A stretch of 64,000 nt of DNA from Chiloscyllium plagiosum (taxonomy: Eukaryota), in the NCBI RefSeq assembly GCF_004010195.1, contig NC_057718.1, positions 30,964,902 to 31,028,901 of the forward strand, given 5' to 3'. Below are positions 63,541 to 64,000 of the stretch, in pieces. Made by a program: the position numbers and the translations under genes. Position 1 is the first letter of the stretch. Each line of letters starts with the position of its first letter. The notes beneath the pieces are model-generated. The model worked only from the letters and a program-made list of their open reading frames with translations. It had not been told where the DNA came from and searched no databases.

Positions 63541-63791
63541 TATTGAGATGCCCATAGTTAAGGCTATCTCAAGTGGATACACTGAGATGATTGAAAATAA
63601 AAGTATCCTTGTACGTAATTTCCCTCCACCCTCCTCATACCATGCTCTCAAGTGATTTACAGAGTGCTGATGGCATAAACAAACTTTACCTAACCACCGT
63701 GCAGTGGGATCACCTGTAGTGGGACATGAACCCAAGGTCCCAGTTAAGGCCATTCCCATCTGTACCGAACTTTGCTATCAGTTTCTGCTCA

Positions 63792-64000
63792 GGTCCAGGA
63801 CATTTGGCCTCAGGCCTTCAGGTGACATTCCTCCAAGGTGGTCTTCAGGACAAGCAACAATGCAGAGTGGCTGAGCAGAAGCTGATTGAAAAGTTCGGAA
63901 CCCATAGGAATGGCCTCAACCAGGACAATGGGTTCATGTCACACTACAAGAGACCCCACTGCATGGTTCACTCTCTCTTTCACACACATACATTCCTACA
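63792..64000 (+). mobile_element. Penelope-like element, GIY-YIG endonuclease C-terminus (runs off the window)
   Basis: 63792-63947 translates GPGHLASGLQVTFLQGGLQDKQQCRVAEQKLIEKFGTHRNGLNQDNGFMSHY, with the E..LI..F.T...GLN.D pattern of PLE GIY-YIG ends. A CT/CA-rich tract follows. Not present in the ORF track. Confidence 0.75.

Overview
Vertebrate genomic DNA. The repeat content (HE1/V-SINE-like SINEs, CR1/HER1-type LINEs, Penelope-like elements) points to a cartilaginous fish, probably a shark; this is inference. The only host protein gene is SIX3: two coding exons, 10039-10721 and 12461-12653, + strand, 291 aa. It lies in a ~19 kb CpG-retaining, nearly transposon-free domain (~1.9-21.5 kb) with many candidate conserved enhancers. 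From 21.6 kb the window holds a 27-bp minisatellite, nested CR1 LINEs, two decayed Gmr1-like (integrase-before-RT) Gypsy elements, a solo LTR and SINEs. A second CpG-rich island (~47.3-52.3 kb) carries a strong CTCF motif pointing back at SIX3. The most striking unannotated structure is about 15 short dispersed elements in three sequence families (called A, B and C here). The better-preserved copies carry a minimal type-I hammerhead ribozyme core with covarying stems. Many have 10-14 bp target-site duplications (TSDs), several are near-perfect hairpins with a ~34-nt unpaired tail, and one copy is joined to the C-terminus of a Penelope GIY-YIG endonuclease. All coordinates were read by eye; no database searches were run.
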